Source: an uncultured delta proteobacterium
Lineage (GTDB): Bacteria > Myxococcota > Myxococcia > Myxococcales > Myxococcaceae
Assembly (NCBI GenBank): GCA_963771175.1
Contig: CAVYSY010000038.1
Location: forward strand, 1 to 64,000
Length of the DNA: 64,000 nt
Direction: 5' to 3'
Shown: positions 47,221-57,054 of the stretch, in pieces
How the letters are laid out: the number at the start of each line of letters is the position of its first letter
Numbering within the stretch: position 1 is the stretch's first letter
Notes under the pieces: generated by a model
The model's input: the letters and a program-made list of their open reading frames with translations, nothing else
What the model was told of the DNA's origin: nothing
The model's database searches: none
Translations under genes and position numbers: made by a program

Positions 47221-48891
47221 ATGCTGCTCTCCACGCTGACCGCCGCCCTGCTCTCCGCCACCGTCACCAACACCGAGACGGTGCATGACCTCGCCGCGTA
47301 CAACGGCCACGTGGTGGCCTGCACCGAGGGAGGGCTGGAGCTCTTCACCCGCTCGGGCCGCCCGGTGCGCACGCTGACGGTGGAGGACGGCCTGCCGAGC
47401 CACTTCTGCCGCGCACTGGAGGTGGCGGGCGACCGCCTCTTCGCGGCCACGGACGAGGGCGTGGTGGAGCTGGACAACCGCTGGCGGGTGGAGCCGGTGG
47501 TGGGGGCGAAGTGGCACGCGCTCCCCGCCGCCAGGGAAATGAACGCGGAGACGTACCGCGCGGCGCTCGGGTGGCTCTCCGAGCGGCTGCCCGCGGGCCC
47601 CACGTACACGGCCTTCACGGAGAGCTACCTGGGCACGGCGGACGGGCGGGTGCTGGCGCCCAGCGCGGGACGCACGTGGACGATGCCAGGGCCCGTGCTG
47701 CTGCTGGAGGAGAAGGGCGACACGCTGCGGGTGGGCACCAACGAGGGCGCCTTCACCCTGGGCCCGAGCGGGCTCGTGTCGCTCCCAGTCCCCGTGGGGC
47801 CGCTCGCCTACGCGCGGAGCCCGGAGGGAGAAACCCGGGTGCTCGGGAGCGAGGGCGAAGCACGGCGCTGGGGCGCGAGCACGGGTGAGTCCCAGGCGCT
47901 GCCCCAGGGCGTGACGAGCACGCTCGAGGTGGATGGAGCGGCCTGGGTGGGCACGCGCGGCCAGGGCGCCTTCCGACGGCAGGGCACGCAGTGGAAGCGG
48001 GCGACGCCCACGGACCAGCTCTGCGGCAACCACATCACCGCGCTGGCTCGCCACCAGGGACGGCGGGTGGTGGGTACCTTCGACCGGGGCGTGTGCTGGG
48101 AGCTGCCCGATGGACGGTGGCGAACGTTCCGCGCGCCGAACCTCCCGAGCAACCACGTTCTCGGCCTGGCCAGCGATGGGAAGAACCTCTACGTGGCCAC
48201 GATGTACGGGCTGGGCCTCCACGACGGCAAGGCGTGGACCCAGCTGGCGTACGGGGGCCGCAATCCGGTGGCGCTCGGGAAGCTGTCGGTGCTGGCGACG
48301 GTGGCGAAGACAGAGGAGGGCCTCGCCCTGGTGGATGGACGCGGCGCCTCCTTCGTGAAGCCCGGGAGCCAGCCGCTCGAACTGGTGAAGCGGCTGCCGC
48401 TGCCGGAGGGCTGGAGCAGCCACATCTCGGGAGCGGACGGCGCCGGGCGCTTCCTCTGGGTCACGAGCGAGGACCGTGGCCTCCTGCGCTGGGACGGCGC
48501 CGAGTGGAAGCGCTTCCACGATGGGAAGGACCTCACGGACAACTGGGTGACGGCGCTCGCGGCGGATGCCGAGGGCCGTGCGGTGGCGGGCACGTGCCAG
48601 GACGGCTTCAGCTACTTCGACGGCGAGCGCTGGACGCGGGTGCGCGACGCGGAGGGCCTGCCGAGCCGCTACGTGGTGTCCACGGCGCTGGTGCCGGGCG
48701 GCGCGCTGGTGGGGACGCTGCTGGGCGCGGTGCACTACGACGCGGCGAGCGGCACGGTGCGCCCGCTGCCCCGGCTCGCGGACCCGCGCGTGTACTCCAT
48801 CCTGGTGGAGGGAGACACCGTCCTCTTCGGCACCGAGGGCGGCCTCTCGCAAGTGGCCTGGAGCGCCCCCGTCCCCGTCACCCGGCGTTGA
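47221..48891 (+). CDS. Secreted beta-propeller protein (two-component-regulator propeller-like repeats)
   Basis: GLPS....AL, WVGT...G, W....D.LTDNWV.ALA.D repeats. Confidence 0.75.
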   Translation: MLLSTLTAALLSATVTNTETVHDLAAYNGHVVACTEGGLELFTRSGRPVRTLTVEDGLPSHFCRALEVAGDRLFAATDEGVVELDNRWRVEPVVGAKWHALPAAREMNAETYRAALGWLSERLPAGPTYTAFTESYLGTADGRVLAPSAGRTWTMPGPVLLLEEKGDTLRVGTNEGAFTLGPSGLVSLPVPVGPLAYARSPEGETRVLGSEGEARRWGASTGESQALPQGVTSTLEVDGAAWVGTRGQGAFRRQGTQWKRATPTDQLCGNHITALARHQGRRVVGTFDRGVCWELPDGRWRTFRAPNLPSNHVLGLASDGKNLYVATMYGLGLHDGKAWTQLAYGGRNPVALGKLSVLATVAKTEEGLALVDGRGASFVKPGSQPLELVKRLPLPEGWSSHISGADGAGRFLWVTSEDRGLLRWDGAEWKRFHDGKDLTDNWVTALAADAEGRAVAGTCQDGFSYFDGERWTRVRDAEGLPSRYVVSTALVPGGALVGTLLGAVHYDAASGTVRPLPRLADPRVYSILVEGDTVLFGTEGGLSQVAWSAPVPVTRR

Positions 48892-48948
48892 GACGGGCTC
48901 GGGGTCCAGCGCACGACATTCACCGGACCCCGGAGTATCGACTCCTGT

Positions 48949-49434
48949 TCAGCCCGCCTTGAGGACGCCGACGGGATGGGACTCGCCGGAGCCCCCAGCC
49001 GAGAGCACGAGGACGGCCGACTGGCTCAGGGCCGCCTGCCCCAGGGCGTTGAGCTGCTGCTGGTTGGCCACCGCGTTCTGGAACGCCAGACCGAGCGCCT
49101 GCGCCGCCGCCTCGTAGACGGAGGCCAGCGCCCGCGCCCGCACCTCGTCGGGGTGGGAGGTCTGCCCGGTGGACTCGGAAGCCTTCTCCACTGCCGAGGG
49201 AGCGGCCTGCACCGGCTCGATGGGCGGCAGTGACGCGGTCTTCGTCTCGGGCGCCGGGCCCTTCATGGCCTCGCAGGCCATCCGCGCGTCCACGACGAGC
49301 TGCAGGATGCTCCGCTGCTGCTGCGCGGTCACCTCGTTCAGCTTCGCCAGCACGTTGGCCACCGCCGTCCCGAGGCTCACCAACTCCACCTCGGCACCGA
49401 GCGTCGCCAGCGCCACCTTGTCACCATCCGTCAT
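48949..49434 (-). CDS. RebB-like (R-body) protein
   Basis: C-terminal LASVYEAAAQALGLAFQNAVANQQQLNALGQAA resembles the Reb core motif. Confidence 0.6.
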   Translation of the reverse strand: MTDGDKVALATLGAEVELVSLGTAVANVLAKLNEVTAQQQRSILQLVVDARMACEAMKGPAPETKTASLPPIEPVQAAPSAVEKASESTGQTSHPDEVRARALASVYEAAAQALGLAFQNAVANQQQLNALGQAALSQSAVLVLSAGGSGESHPVGVLKAG

Positions 49435-49575
49435 CGTGTTCCCCTCCGGGTCATGCACCACACCGCGTGGTCCCGGAGAGTAAAGCCGCCCGCCCCATCG
49501 CCGTCGAGTCGCCTTTGTCACCCCTGAGGCGCCTTCTCCCCCCCGCTGGGGCGTGACACACTGCACCGAGCCCCC

Positions 49576-50298
49576 ATGCAACAGAGCCACGCGCAGGCGC
49601 TGCTGGACTCCTCCTTCCACGGAGTGGAGGAGGGCGCCGCCCGGATGTACGAGCCCGAGGATGTGCGCTTCGACAAGCGCCTGAGCGCCGTGTGGCTCGA
49701 GTACCGCTGGTACGTCCACGAGCGGGGCCTCGCCGAGGTCTTCGTGAAGTGGAAACGGGTGGAGAAGGAGGCGTGCGCGCGGGAGGACGTGTCCGTGCTG
49801 CGCCTCCACCTGCTCGGGCACTCGGCCGCGCTCGCCGAGCGTGCGCGGCGGGTACTGGAGGCGGGCACGCCGTCCTCGGGGCGGCTGCTGGAGCTGTTCG
49901 GCTCGGACGGGGTGAAGCGCGAGAGCAGCATCGCCGGGCCCACCCACATCACCGTGGAGCACTGGCCCCACCCGGCCCCTCGGCCGCTGCTGCCGGAGGA
50001 GACCTTCCAGGCGCTCTCCGCGGTGCTGGTGAGCCCCGAGGCCACCTTCGAGGATCGGAACGAGGCGGTGGACCGGCTGTGCCGGGAGCGCAGCACGCGC
50101 GTGGTGGACACGCTGCTCGCCGCGATGGAGCTGAAGCCCTCGCTGTCCGCCCTGCGCCGGCTGTCCGAGTGGGGCGAGCCAGGAGCCCTGCCGCACGTGG
50201 AGCGGGCGCTCGCGTCGGTGGCACCGGACAACCCCGCGGACCTCTGGGCGCTCACCGCTTTACAACGGCGGCTGCTGGCCTGGGGACGCGCGCTCTAG
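49576..50298 (+). CDS. Hypothetical protein with HEAT-like helical C-terminus
   Basis: Clean ORF directly upstream of gloA. Confidence 0.7.
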   Translation: MQQSHAQALLDSSFHGVEEGAARMYEPEDVRFDKRLSAVWLEYRWYVHERGLAEVFVKWKRVEKEACAREDVSVLRLHLLGHSAALAERARRVLEAGTPSSGRLLELFGSDGVKRESSIAGPTHITVEHWPHPAPRPLLPEETFQALSAVLVSPEATFEDRNEAVDRLCRERSTRVVDTLLAAMELKPSLSALRRLSEWGEPGALPHVERALASVAPDNPADLWALTALQRRLLAWGRAL

Positions 50299-50316
50299 CA
50301 GTGGTAAGGAGGGCGC

Positions 50317-50703
50317 ATGCGAATCCTTCACACCATGCTGCGCGTGGGCGACCTGGAGAAGTCGCTCGACTTCTACACCCGCGTCATCGGAATGAAGCTG
50401 CTGCGCCGGCACGACTACCCGGACGGCAAGTTCACCCTGGCCTTCGTGGGCTTCGGCCCCGAGGACACCCACCCGGCCCTGGAGCTCACCTACAACTGGG
50501 GCACCTCGAAGTACGACCTGGGCAACGCCTACGGCCACATCGCCCTCGGCGTGCAGGACATCCACGCCACCTGCGACGCCATCCGTCAGGCCGGCGGCAA
50601 GGTGGTGCGCGAGCCGGGCCCCATGAAGCACGGCACCACCGTCATCGCCTTCGTCGAGGATCCGGACGGCTACAAGGTGGAGCTCATCCAGCAGGGCCCC
50701 TGA
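50317..50703 (+). CDS. gloA: Lactoylglutathione lyase (glyoxalase I)
   Basis: [65 protein letters not shown]. Confidence 0.96.
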   Translation: MRILHTMLRVGDLEKSLDFYTRVIGMKLLRRHDYPDGKFTLAFVGFGPEDTHPALELTYNWGTSKYDLGNAYGHIALGVQDIHATCDAIRQAGGKVVREPGPMKHGTTVIAFVEDPDGYKVELIQQGP

Positions 50704-50928
50704 GCCCCAAGAGCGTGTACTGGCGCGCCTCCATCCGCACGCGCCACGCAGGCTCGGATGCCCGCCTGACGAGGGACAACCGACCCCCGAAGTCATATTT
50801 CGGATTGAACTTCCGGAGTCATGCCTTAATCTTGAACCGAACGCGGTCCCGCTAGCAGGACGGCCCGGGAGGGACTCCTTCCGGGGTCCTGTGACGCCAC
50901 TGGTCCCCATCGGTCGAGTGAAGGCACC

Positions 50929-52740
50929 ATGCACAGCCCTCTGGAGACGAGCCTCGCGCCTCCCGCTTCCCCGCCAGGAGCCGGGGCGCCCGGGCTCCTC
51001 CCCGCCCCCTCCGCGCTCACGCCGCTCGAGGCGCGGACCCTGCAACCGCTCCTCTCCCAAGCGAGCGGCACCGTGGCCGACGTGGCCCACACGCTCCGGG
51101 CCCATGCCCTCGCGTCCGCCGAGCAGTTCGAGGAGCTGCTCGCCTTCGCCTCGCTCTCCGGCGTGGAGCCCCATGCCTACCAGCTCGAGACGGTCCGGCG
51201 CGTGCTGCGCCAGCACCGGGGTCGGGCCCTGCTCGCCGACGAGGTGGGTCTGGGAAAGACGGTGGAGGCCCTCATGGTGCTGCGCGAGTACCAGTTGCGC
51301 GGCATGGTGCGCCGGGTGCTGGTGCTGGTGCCGCCCGCGCTCGTGCTCCAGTGGAAGGGCGAGCTGGCCGCCAAGGCCGGTCTCGAGGCCCACGCCTCCA
51401 CGGACCTGACCGCCAACTCGCCGCCCGAGTCCTTCTGGCGGCGCGAGGGAGTGCTCATTGCCTCGCTGGCCCTCGCCCGCTCCGCCCGCCATGCCCCGCT
51501 CGTCCAGGCCCAGCCGTGGGACCTGGTCATCATCGACGAGGCCCACCACCTGAAGAACCGGCGCACGTTGGCCTGGAAGCTGGTGGACGGGCTCAAGAGC
51601 CGTTTCCTCCTGCTGCTCACCGCGACGCCGGTGGAGAACGACCTGGAGGAGGTCTACAACCTCGTCACCCTGCTGCGGCCCGGCCAGCTCGCCACGCCCG
51701 CGGACTTCCGGCGCCAGTACGTGGACCCGAAGGATCCCACCTCGCCGCGCAACCGCGAGAAGTTGCGGCGCCTGCTGTCCGAGGTGCTCATCCGCAACAC
51801 CCGGGCCCGCTGTGGGCTGAAGCTGCCCCCGCGCTACGTGACGACGGTGGCGGTGGAGCCCCTGGAGGGCGAGCGTGCGCTCTACGCGGAGGTGCTGGGC
51901 TTCCTCCGGCGCCACGCGGGCGATGCCCGGGCGCGCCTCTCGGCCTCGACGCTGCTGCTGGAGGCCGGCTCCAGCCCCCACGCGGTGCGTGCCACCCTGC
52001 ACAAACAGCGCGAGCGCCGCCTCGCCGAGCCGGGCGAGCACTCGCCCCTCCTCGTCCGGGAGCTGGAGCGACTGGGAGGAGAGGCCGCGGAGGTGCACGA
52101 GTCGGCCAAGGCGCGGGCCCTGGTGGACATCCTCCGCGCCCACCGCGAGCAGGTGCTCGTCTTCAGCCGCTACCGCGAGACGCTGGGCTACATGGAGAAG
52201 GTGCTGGAGGAGGCCGGCGTGCCCCGCGAGCTGGTGCACGGGGGGATGAGCCAGAAGCAGAAGCACGAGGCCCTCGCGCGATTCCGGGGCGGTGCGCCCG
52301 TGCTGCTGGCCACGGACGTGGGCAGCGAGGGGCACAACCTCCAGTCCTGTCATGTGCTGGTGAACTTCGACCTGCCGTGGAACCCCATGGTGATTGAGCA
52401 GCGCATCGGCCGGCTGCACCGCTTCGGGCAGACGGAGGAGGTGCGCGTCTACAACCTGTGCGCCCGGGGCACGGCGGAGGACCGGGTGCTGGACGTGCTG
52501 GACCGGCGCATCCACCTCTTCGAGCTGGTGGTGGGGGAGATGGACATGGTGCTGGGCAACCTCGCCGACGAGCGAGACCTGGAGGAGCGCATCCTCGCCC
52601 TCTACGCCGAGTCGCGGGGCGAGGAGGAGGTGGCGAGGGGCTTCGACGCCATCGCCGAGGAGCTGGCCCGGGCGCGCGGGCAGTACGAGAAGACGCGGGC
52701 GCTGGACGCGGCGCTCTTCGGAAAGGACTTCGAGGCATGA
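50929..52740 (+). CDS. SNF2-family helicase (YqhH-like)
   Basis: LADEVGLGKT, DEAHH, LTATP..N, SEG.NLQ, NFDLPWNPM.IEQRIGR.HR.GQ, LFELVVGE.D..L. Confidence 0.9.
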   Translation: MHSPLETSLAPPASPPGAGAPGLLPAPSALTPLEARTLQPLLSQASGTVADVAHTLRAHALASAEQFEELLAFASLSGVEPHAYQLETVRRVLRQHRGRALLADEVGLGKTVEALMVLREYQLRGMVRRVLVLVPPALVLQWKGELAAKAGLEAHASTDLTANSPPESFWRREGVLIASLALARSARHAPLVQAQPWDLVIIDEAHHLKNRRTLAWKLVDGLKSRFLLLLTATPVENDLEEVYNLVTLLRPGQLATPADFRRQYVDPKDPTSPRNREKLRRLLSEVLIRNTRARCGLKLPPRYVTTVAVEPLEGERALYAEVLGFLRRHAGDARARLSASTLLLEAGSSPHAVRATLHKQRERRLAEPGEHSPLLVRELERLGGEAAEVHESAKARALVDILRAHREQVLVFSRYRETLGYMEKVLEEAGVPRELVHGGMSQKQKHEALARFRGGAPVLLATDVGSEGHNLQSCHVLVNFDLPWNPMVIEQRIGRLHRFGQTEEVRVYNLCARGTAEDRVLDVLDRRIHLFELVVGEMDMVLGNLADERDLEERILALYAESRGEEEVARGFDAIAEELARARGQYEKTRALDAALFGKDFEA

Positions 52741-53798
52741 GCGGGACGGGGGCGGTGCCGGATGCGCTCGCCTTCACGGCGCAGGCGCTCGCCCGGCGGG
52801 GGGCGCTGCTGGAGGCGGGGGAAACCGGGGGCGAGGTGCTGGCGCTGCTGCCGCCGGAGCTCTCCCGGGAGCTGGGGTTGGCCGAGGAGGTGCGGCTGTC
52901 GGCCGTGGAGGAGGGAGACGCGGTGGCGTGCGGACTGGGGACGCCGCTGCTGGAGGCGGTGGTGGGCGCGGCCCGGCAGGAGGTGCCGGTGGCGGCGGCA
53001 CGGGCACGAGAGCCCGCGTCCAAGGCGGGCCATGCGCGCAGCCTGGCCGAGCGCTACGTCATCCGCAACGGCGTGGCCGAGGTGCTCGAGGTGACGGCGG
53101 GCGAGGGGACGTACCTGGTGGCGTGGCTGGCGTACGTAGCCGACGCGGACGAGCGGCACGAAGGCGTGGTGACGGTGGCGGTGCATGCGCAGGACGGGAC
53201 GGTGCCCGACGAGGGCCTCCTGGCCGCCTGCGAGGTGGAGTCGGAGGGCGCGCTGGCGCCGTGGCCGAGGCGGGTGGGAGTGCCCGAAGCGGAGCAGTGG
53301 CTGGTGCGCTACGCGCCGGAGGCGGAGCTGCGGGCACTCCAGGGCGTAAGGGAGGCCACGGCGCGGCGGCACGCGCGGGACCACGAGCGGATGGCCGAGT
53401 ATTACGCGGCGATGGTGGCGGAGACGCGGGCGCCCCGACGGCGCGTGGACGCGGCCACGATGGAAGCCAAGGTGCGGCACCTGCTGGCGGAGCGCGACAG
53501 CAAGCTGAGGGACCTGGCGGAGCGCTTCACCCTGCGCGTCCACACCCGGCTGGCGGCGGCGCTGTGGGTGGCGGTACCCGTGGTGAATGTGCGGCTGCGC
53601 GTCCGACGGCGCAAGGGAGAGCGCGAGCTGCTGCTGCGGCTGCCCGCGGGGGCGCACGGCTTCGACCGGCTGCCCTGCGAGGGCTGCGCGGGCACCACCG
53701 AGCGACCCGCCCTGTGCGACGAGCGGCTCCACGTGCTGTGCGAGACGTGCGTCCCCCAGGCCACCGGCCGTCCCAAATGTCCCGCCTGCGGCGGCTGA
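52737..53798 (+). CDS. YqhG-like partner protein with C-terminal Cys-rich Zn-binding region
   Basis: ATGA overlap with the SNF2 gene; R..EYY coiled segment; CEGC..C...H..C..C...CPAC. Confidence 0.7.
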   Translation: MSGTGAVPDALAFTAQALARRGALLEAGETGGEVLALLPPELSRELGLAEEVRLSAVEEGDAVACGLGTPLLEAVVGAARQEVPVAAARAREPASKAGHARSLAERYVIRNGVAEVLEVTAGEGTYLVAWLAYVADADERHEGVVTVAVHAQDGTVPDEGLLAACEVESEGALAPWPRRVGVPEAEQWLVRYAPEAELRALQGVREATARRHARDHERMAEYYAAMVAETRAPRRRVDAATMEAKVRHLLAERDSKLRDLAERFTLRVHTRLAAALWVAVPVVNVRLRVRRRKGERELLLRLPAGAHGFDRLPCEGCAGTTERPALCDERLHVLCETCVPQATGRPKCPACGG

Positions 53799-53804
53799 GC
53801 GGAG

Positions 53805-54725
53805 CTACCCCTGCCGGGCGGCGGGCTCCCAGCCGAGCATGACGAGTTGGAGGAGTTCGACGCCGAGCAACTCCGGGTAGCGCTGTAACCAGGTGGGACC
53901 TTGAGGCGTGACAGGTTCTCCGTTCCAGAGCACCTGCCCCCCAACGCGCGCCCGCAACCGCTCGGCTGCGGCGAAGGTGGTGAGCGCCATTCGCGAGAAA
54001 GGAGCCTCTCCCCACTGTGGCCAGACCAGCAGTTCGTCCGGAGCGTGGGGATTGAGGTGGAACCACGTCACGGGTTCACCGGAGGCACGATCAACCCATA
54101 CACCTCGTGCCCTCTCGGCCTCCACGTCCTGACCTTCCGGTGGGGCTTCCAGCAGTGTCGCTAGTGGTGGCAGTCGGGGGTGCTTGAGCCGTAACGCCAG
54201 CAGGTTGGTGTCCTCATCTCGCCCGCCTACGGGGAATTCGAGGGGCATGCGCACGGTGGCGTGGAGTTGCTCGCGGCGTTGCAACCACAGACGTCCCTGT
54301 TCCCGCGTGTACTCGCCCTGAACATCCGTGAAGTAGCGGAGGGAGTCCACTGTCACCTCGCGACCGTGTACGCCCTCAAAAGCGCGCAATCCCAGTTCCT
54401 CGTTGGCGAGGGCCGCGAAGGAGAGCAGCTCGAACATATTGGCAAGGAAGAAGGGGCTGGTGCCACTCACCGACAACTGGAGGGTGCCCATCCGAGGACC
54501 GTTGTTGGGCCGCACACCCGCGAACAGCAAGGGAGCCAGACCGGGCGCCGCTCCTCCGCGAAACACCCAGGTGGCCCCATCAGGCCGGTGTGACCGTAGA
54601 ATCGGGCGGGAGCGCGCGAGCAGGTCCAGACAGGTACGCCAGTCTTCCAGGGTGAGTCGATCCGGCGCACCGGCCTGAACGTCCTTGTAACGCCGATGGG
54701 ACGTCAACCAGATGGAGTACGGCAT
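53805..54725 (-). CDS. Hypothetical protein (atypical codon usage)
   Basis: 306-aa ORF directly downstream of the lipoprotein gene, same strand. Confidence 0.6.
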   Translation of the reverse strand: MPYSIWLTSHRRYKDVQAGAPDRLTLEDWRTCLDLLARSRPILRSHRPDGATWVFRGGAAPGLAPLLFAGVRPNNGPRMGTLQLSVSGTSPFFLANMFELLSFAALANEELGLRAFEGVHGREVTVDSLRYFTDVQGEYTREQGRLWLQRREQLHATVRMPLEFPVGGRDEDTNLLALRLKHPRLPPLATLLEAPPEGQDVEAERARGVWVDRASGEPVTWFHLNPHAPDELLVWPQWGEAPFSRMALTTFAAAERLRARVGGQVLWNGEPVTPQGPTWLQRYPELLGVELLQLVMLGWEPAARQG

Positions 54726-54737
54726 GAGAACGGTCCC

Positions 54738-55229
54738 TCAACGGAAGGCGTCGACGATGAACACGGCCGCGCGAGGGTGCTCGATCAATGCGGCTCCAGA
54801 CGGGGACTCTGGTTTCTTCCGCAATCCGCCACGACCCAAGCGAGCAACCGCACAGATGGGGATTGGGTCGCCATCTGGGGGACGTGCCTCATAGTAACGG
54901 ATGATGACATTCGGTCCCCCAGTCCAGATCTGCCCATATAGCCGGGTCAGGGGAGAGAGATACCCAAGCTCTTCGGTCAAGTAGCTCTCGACGGGTCCAT
55001 CGGTGAGAGAGACCGGACTCTGACTGCTCTGGTTGGCGTCGATCACGATAGAGGAGCTGTCCCCCGGACGCAGCCGCAGGATCCTCATCGCCTCCAATGC
55101 CTTCTCCGCACACGCCTGAGGACCAGGGCTTCCATCCGCCCGAAGAGACACACCTGCACCCGTACAACCAAGCCCCAGGCACATCAGAATGACGAGGGTC
55201 GAAAAGTGGGCTGCTTTTGTCAGAGCCAT
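54738..55229 (-). CDS. Putative lipoprotein resembling the extracellular C-terminal domain of DUF2381-associated myxobacterial kinases
   Basis: GLGC lipobox-like; P...C...A..AM..L; GP.ES; T.LYG.IW.G....IRY..A..P.G...PIC. Confidence 0.6.
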   Translation of the reverse strand: MALTKAAHFSTLVILMCLGLGCTGAGVSLRADGSPGPQACAEKALEAMRILRLRPGDSSSIVIDANQSSQSPVSLTDGPVESYLTEELGYLSPLTRLYGQIWTGGPNVIIRYYEARPPDGDPIPICAVARLGRGGLRKKPESPSGAALIEHPRAAVFIVDAFR

Positions 55230-55296
55230 GAACCGAGATCCTTGTCTTCGGGCGCGAGAGAACGCCCAAGGAACGAGCGCACACGTCGCATCGGAA

Positions 55297-56265
55297 TCAG
55301 CGTCGGACCCGGGAGGCAAGGGACGCCAGATCCAACTCGACGAACCCCTGCCGAAGCCCTCCGTCCCTGAACAGTTCCAAAACGAGCATGTCGCCGGTCT
55401 TTATCGAATCCAATGGGGGCAGATCCATGATGACGGCGATGCGGCCCATCTCACCGGGAGCAATCGAGGCCGTCGATGCACGGAGAGCGAAGGACTGCTT
55501 CTTCAGGGTGGCCGCATCCATGAGTCGCGCCTCCTGCAACTTCCACGGCTTCTCGGGCGCGAGATTCGTGATCTGGAAGACAACCGCCACCCGGCCCTTG
55601 GCGGCCCGCCCCTTGGGCATGAGGATGGAGACCTCCGCGTCGATGCCGGGCACGTCTGACTCGCCGGGCCGCCATTTCTCTTCGACCCTGAATGGGGTCA
55701 GCGCGACCTGATTGTTGGCCAGGAGAGTGGCAAGCGCGTGATCGACCGAGGCGGCCTCGTACCGGTAGCGATGATTCTCGATTCGCAGTGCCCTGACCGC
55801 CTCTCGCTTCTCCATCAGTTCGGCCCGCGTGGCGTCTGGGGATTCTGGGTTGGGGAAGACATCAACCTGCCCATCCACCACATCCCTGCCGGCTGTCAAA
55901 GTGAAGGGCAACGACGAACCATCCATGAACGTCACCAGTAGCAGGAAGCGCTCATCCGGTGAAAGCTCCCGGAGCGGGACGACGACTACGGACAACCCGC
56001 CACAGAGCACGGGCTCGAAGCGGCCCTCCCACCCCAGGATCCTGGTCTGATCTGGATCGCATGGAGTCGCGAACCGAAGCGTCGTCACCATGCGACCAGC
56101 GACGAACACCTCCGGCACCGCACTGTTGGGCTCCTTCGAAAGGAACAAGTTGCGCCGCACCGGTTGTCGCACGAATCCGGATGCCTCCTGGGCAGCCACT
56201 ACCCCAGAAACCAGGACGAAGAGGCAGAGGACAACACCCTTGAACCAGTCGAGTTCACGTTCCAT
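55297..56265 (-). CDS. DUF2381 family protein
   Basis: Signal peptide; V.V.....T.L.F, GWEGRF, P...L...ER..L.V.F.DG....F.L, D.QV.V, N.....PW....A.L, I.PG..G.I.V. Confidence 0.8.
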   Translation of the reverse strand: MERELDWFKGVVLCLFVLVSGVVAAQEASGFVRQPVRRNLFLSKEPNSAVPEVFVAGRMVTTLRFATPCDPDQTRILGWEGRFEPVLCGGLSVVVVPLRELSPDERFLLLVTFMDGSSLPFTLTAGRDVVDGQVDVFPNPESPDATRAELMEKREAVRALRIENHRYRYEAASVDHALATLLANNQVALTPFRVEEKWRPGESDVPGIDAEVSILMPKGRAAKGRVAVVFQITNLAPEKPWKLQEARLMDAATLKKQSFALRASTASIAPGEMGRIAVIMDLPPLDSIKTGDMLVLELFRDGGLRQGFVELDLASLASRVRR

Positions 56266-56420
56266 CTATCAGCTACCTTACCGGAAAGGTCGGGCACACG
56301 TCTAGTCGAGAGGTCAGCGACGTCCCCACACCCCCTACGCTCGGGGTAAGGCTCCAGCGTCCTGGATTGCTCAAACGGTACGAGGATGAATCCCCAAGCG
56401 AAGAGTCATCCATGCGCAAG

Positions 56421-57004
56421 CTATTTGTACCGTGCTTTCAATGCCTTGACCTCTTGAGCAAAGTCCGCGATTTCCAAGCCAATGGCCTTGGAGTCCAGAG
56501 CAAAGACTGGAATGATCCTCGTAAAAGCCTTACCGTCGATAGACGGCTCGAGCCATTCCTTGAAATGACGGTGGATGGATTTTTTGGTGATTTTGTCGTT
56601 TTGATTGACCGTCAATTTATTGCCGCGATGACAGAGCCAGAGCTTCCGATCCTCATCCAGAGCGAAACAGCCGTTAACTCGGCCGTCAGCTACCTCCGGT
56701 ATGTTCACCTCGACGATTGGGGACATCCCACTGGTTGCCTTCTCACATGCGATCAGGATGGGGCATCTGTACTTGTTGCGGTTGGTCTGCGAACGCCACT
56801 TGAATTCGGGCTTCAAACCGATCGTGAAATACCCGTTTTTACACGCTTGCTCCACGTAGGTAGCTCATCTTGAGTTCCGTCTGGAAATGTCCATCGACAT
56901 TTCACCGGCTTACCAAAGAGCTTGAACAATCGGCTGTTTAGCTCATCCAGCGCCCTTAGCGCATTATCTGTCTTTCGAACAACAAGCTTTGCTTTCTCGC
57001 GCAT
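56421..57004 (-). CDS. Low-GC hypothetical protein (~194 aa, one frameshift near 56857)
   Basis: RBS GGAGA then MREKAK...; continues as ...VEVNIP...VNGCFALD....WLCHRG in the next frame; AT-rich codons. Confidence 0.6.
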
Positions 57005-57054
57005 CGTCTTCTCCAAACAAAACCAAAGGTGAAGAAGCGTGAACATCCTCACGG

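Noticed and set aside
48936..48952. Possible Myxococcus LexA box (GTTCAG)
   Set aside because: Only the right half matches, and it lies at convergent 3' ends rather than in a promoter.
56367..56873. Plus-strand 168-aa ORF in the AT-rich segment
   Set aside because: No good RBS or motif; the minus-strand frame has an RBS and looks more protein-like. Not fully excluded.
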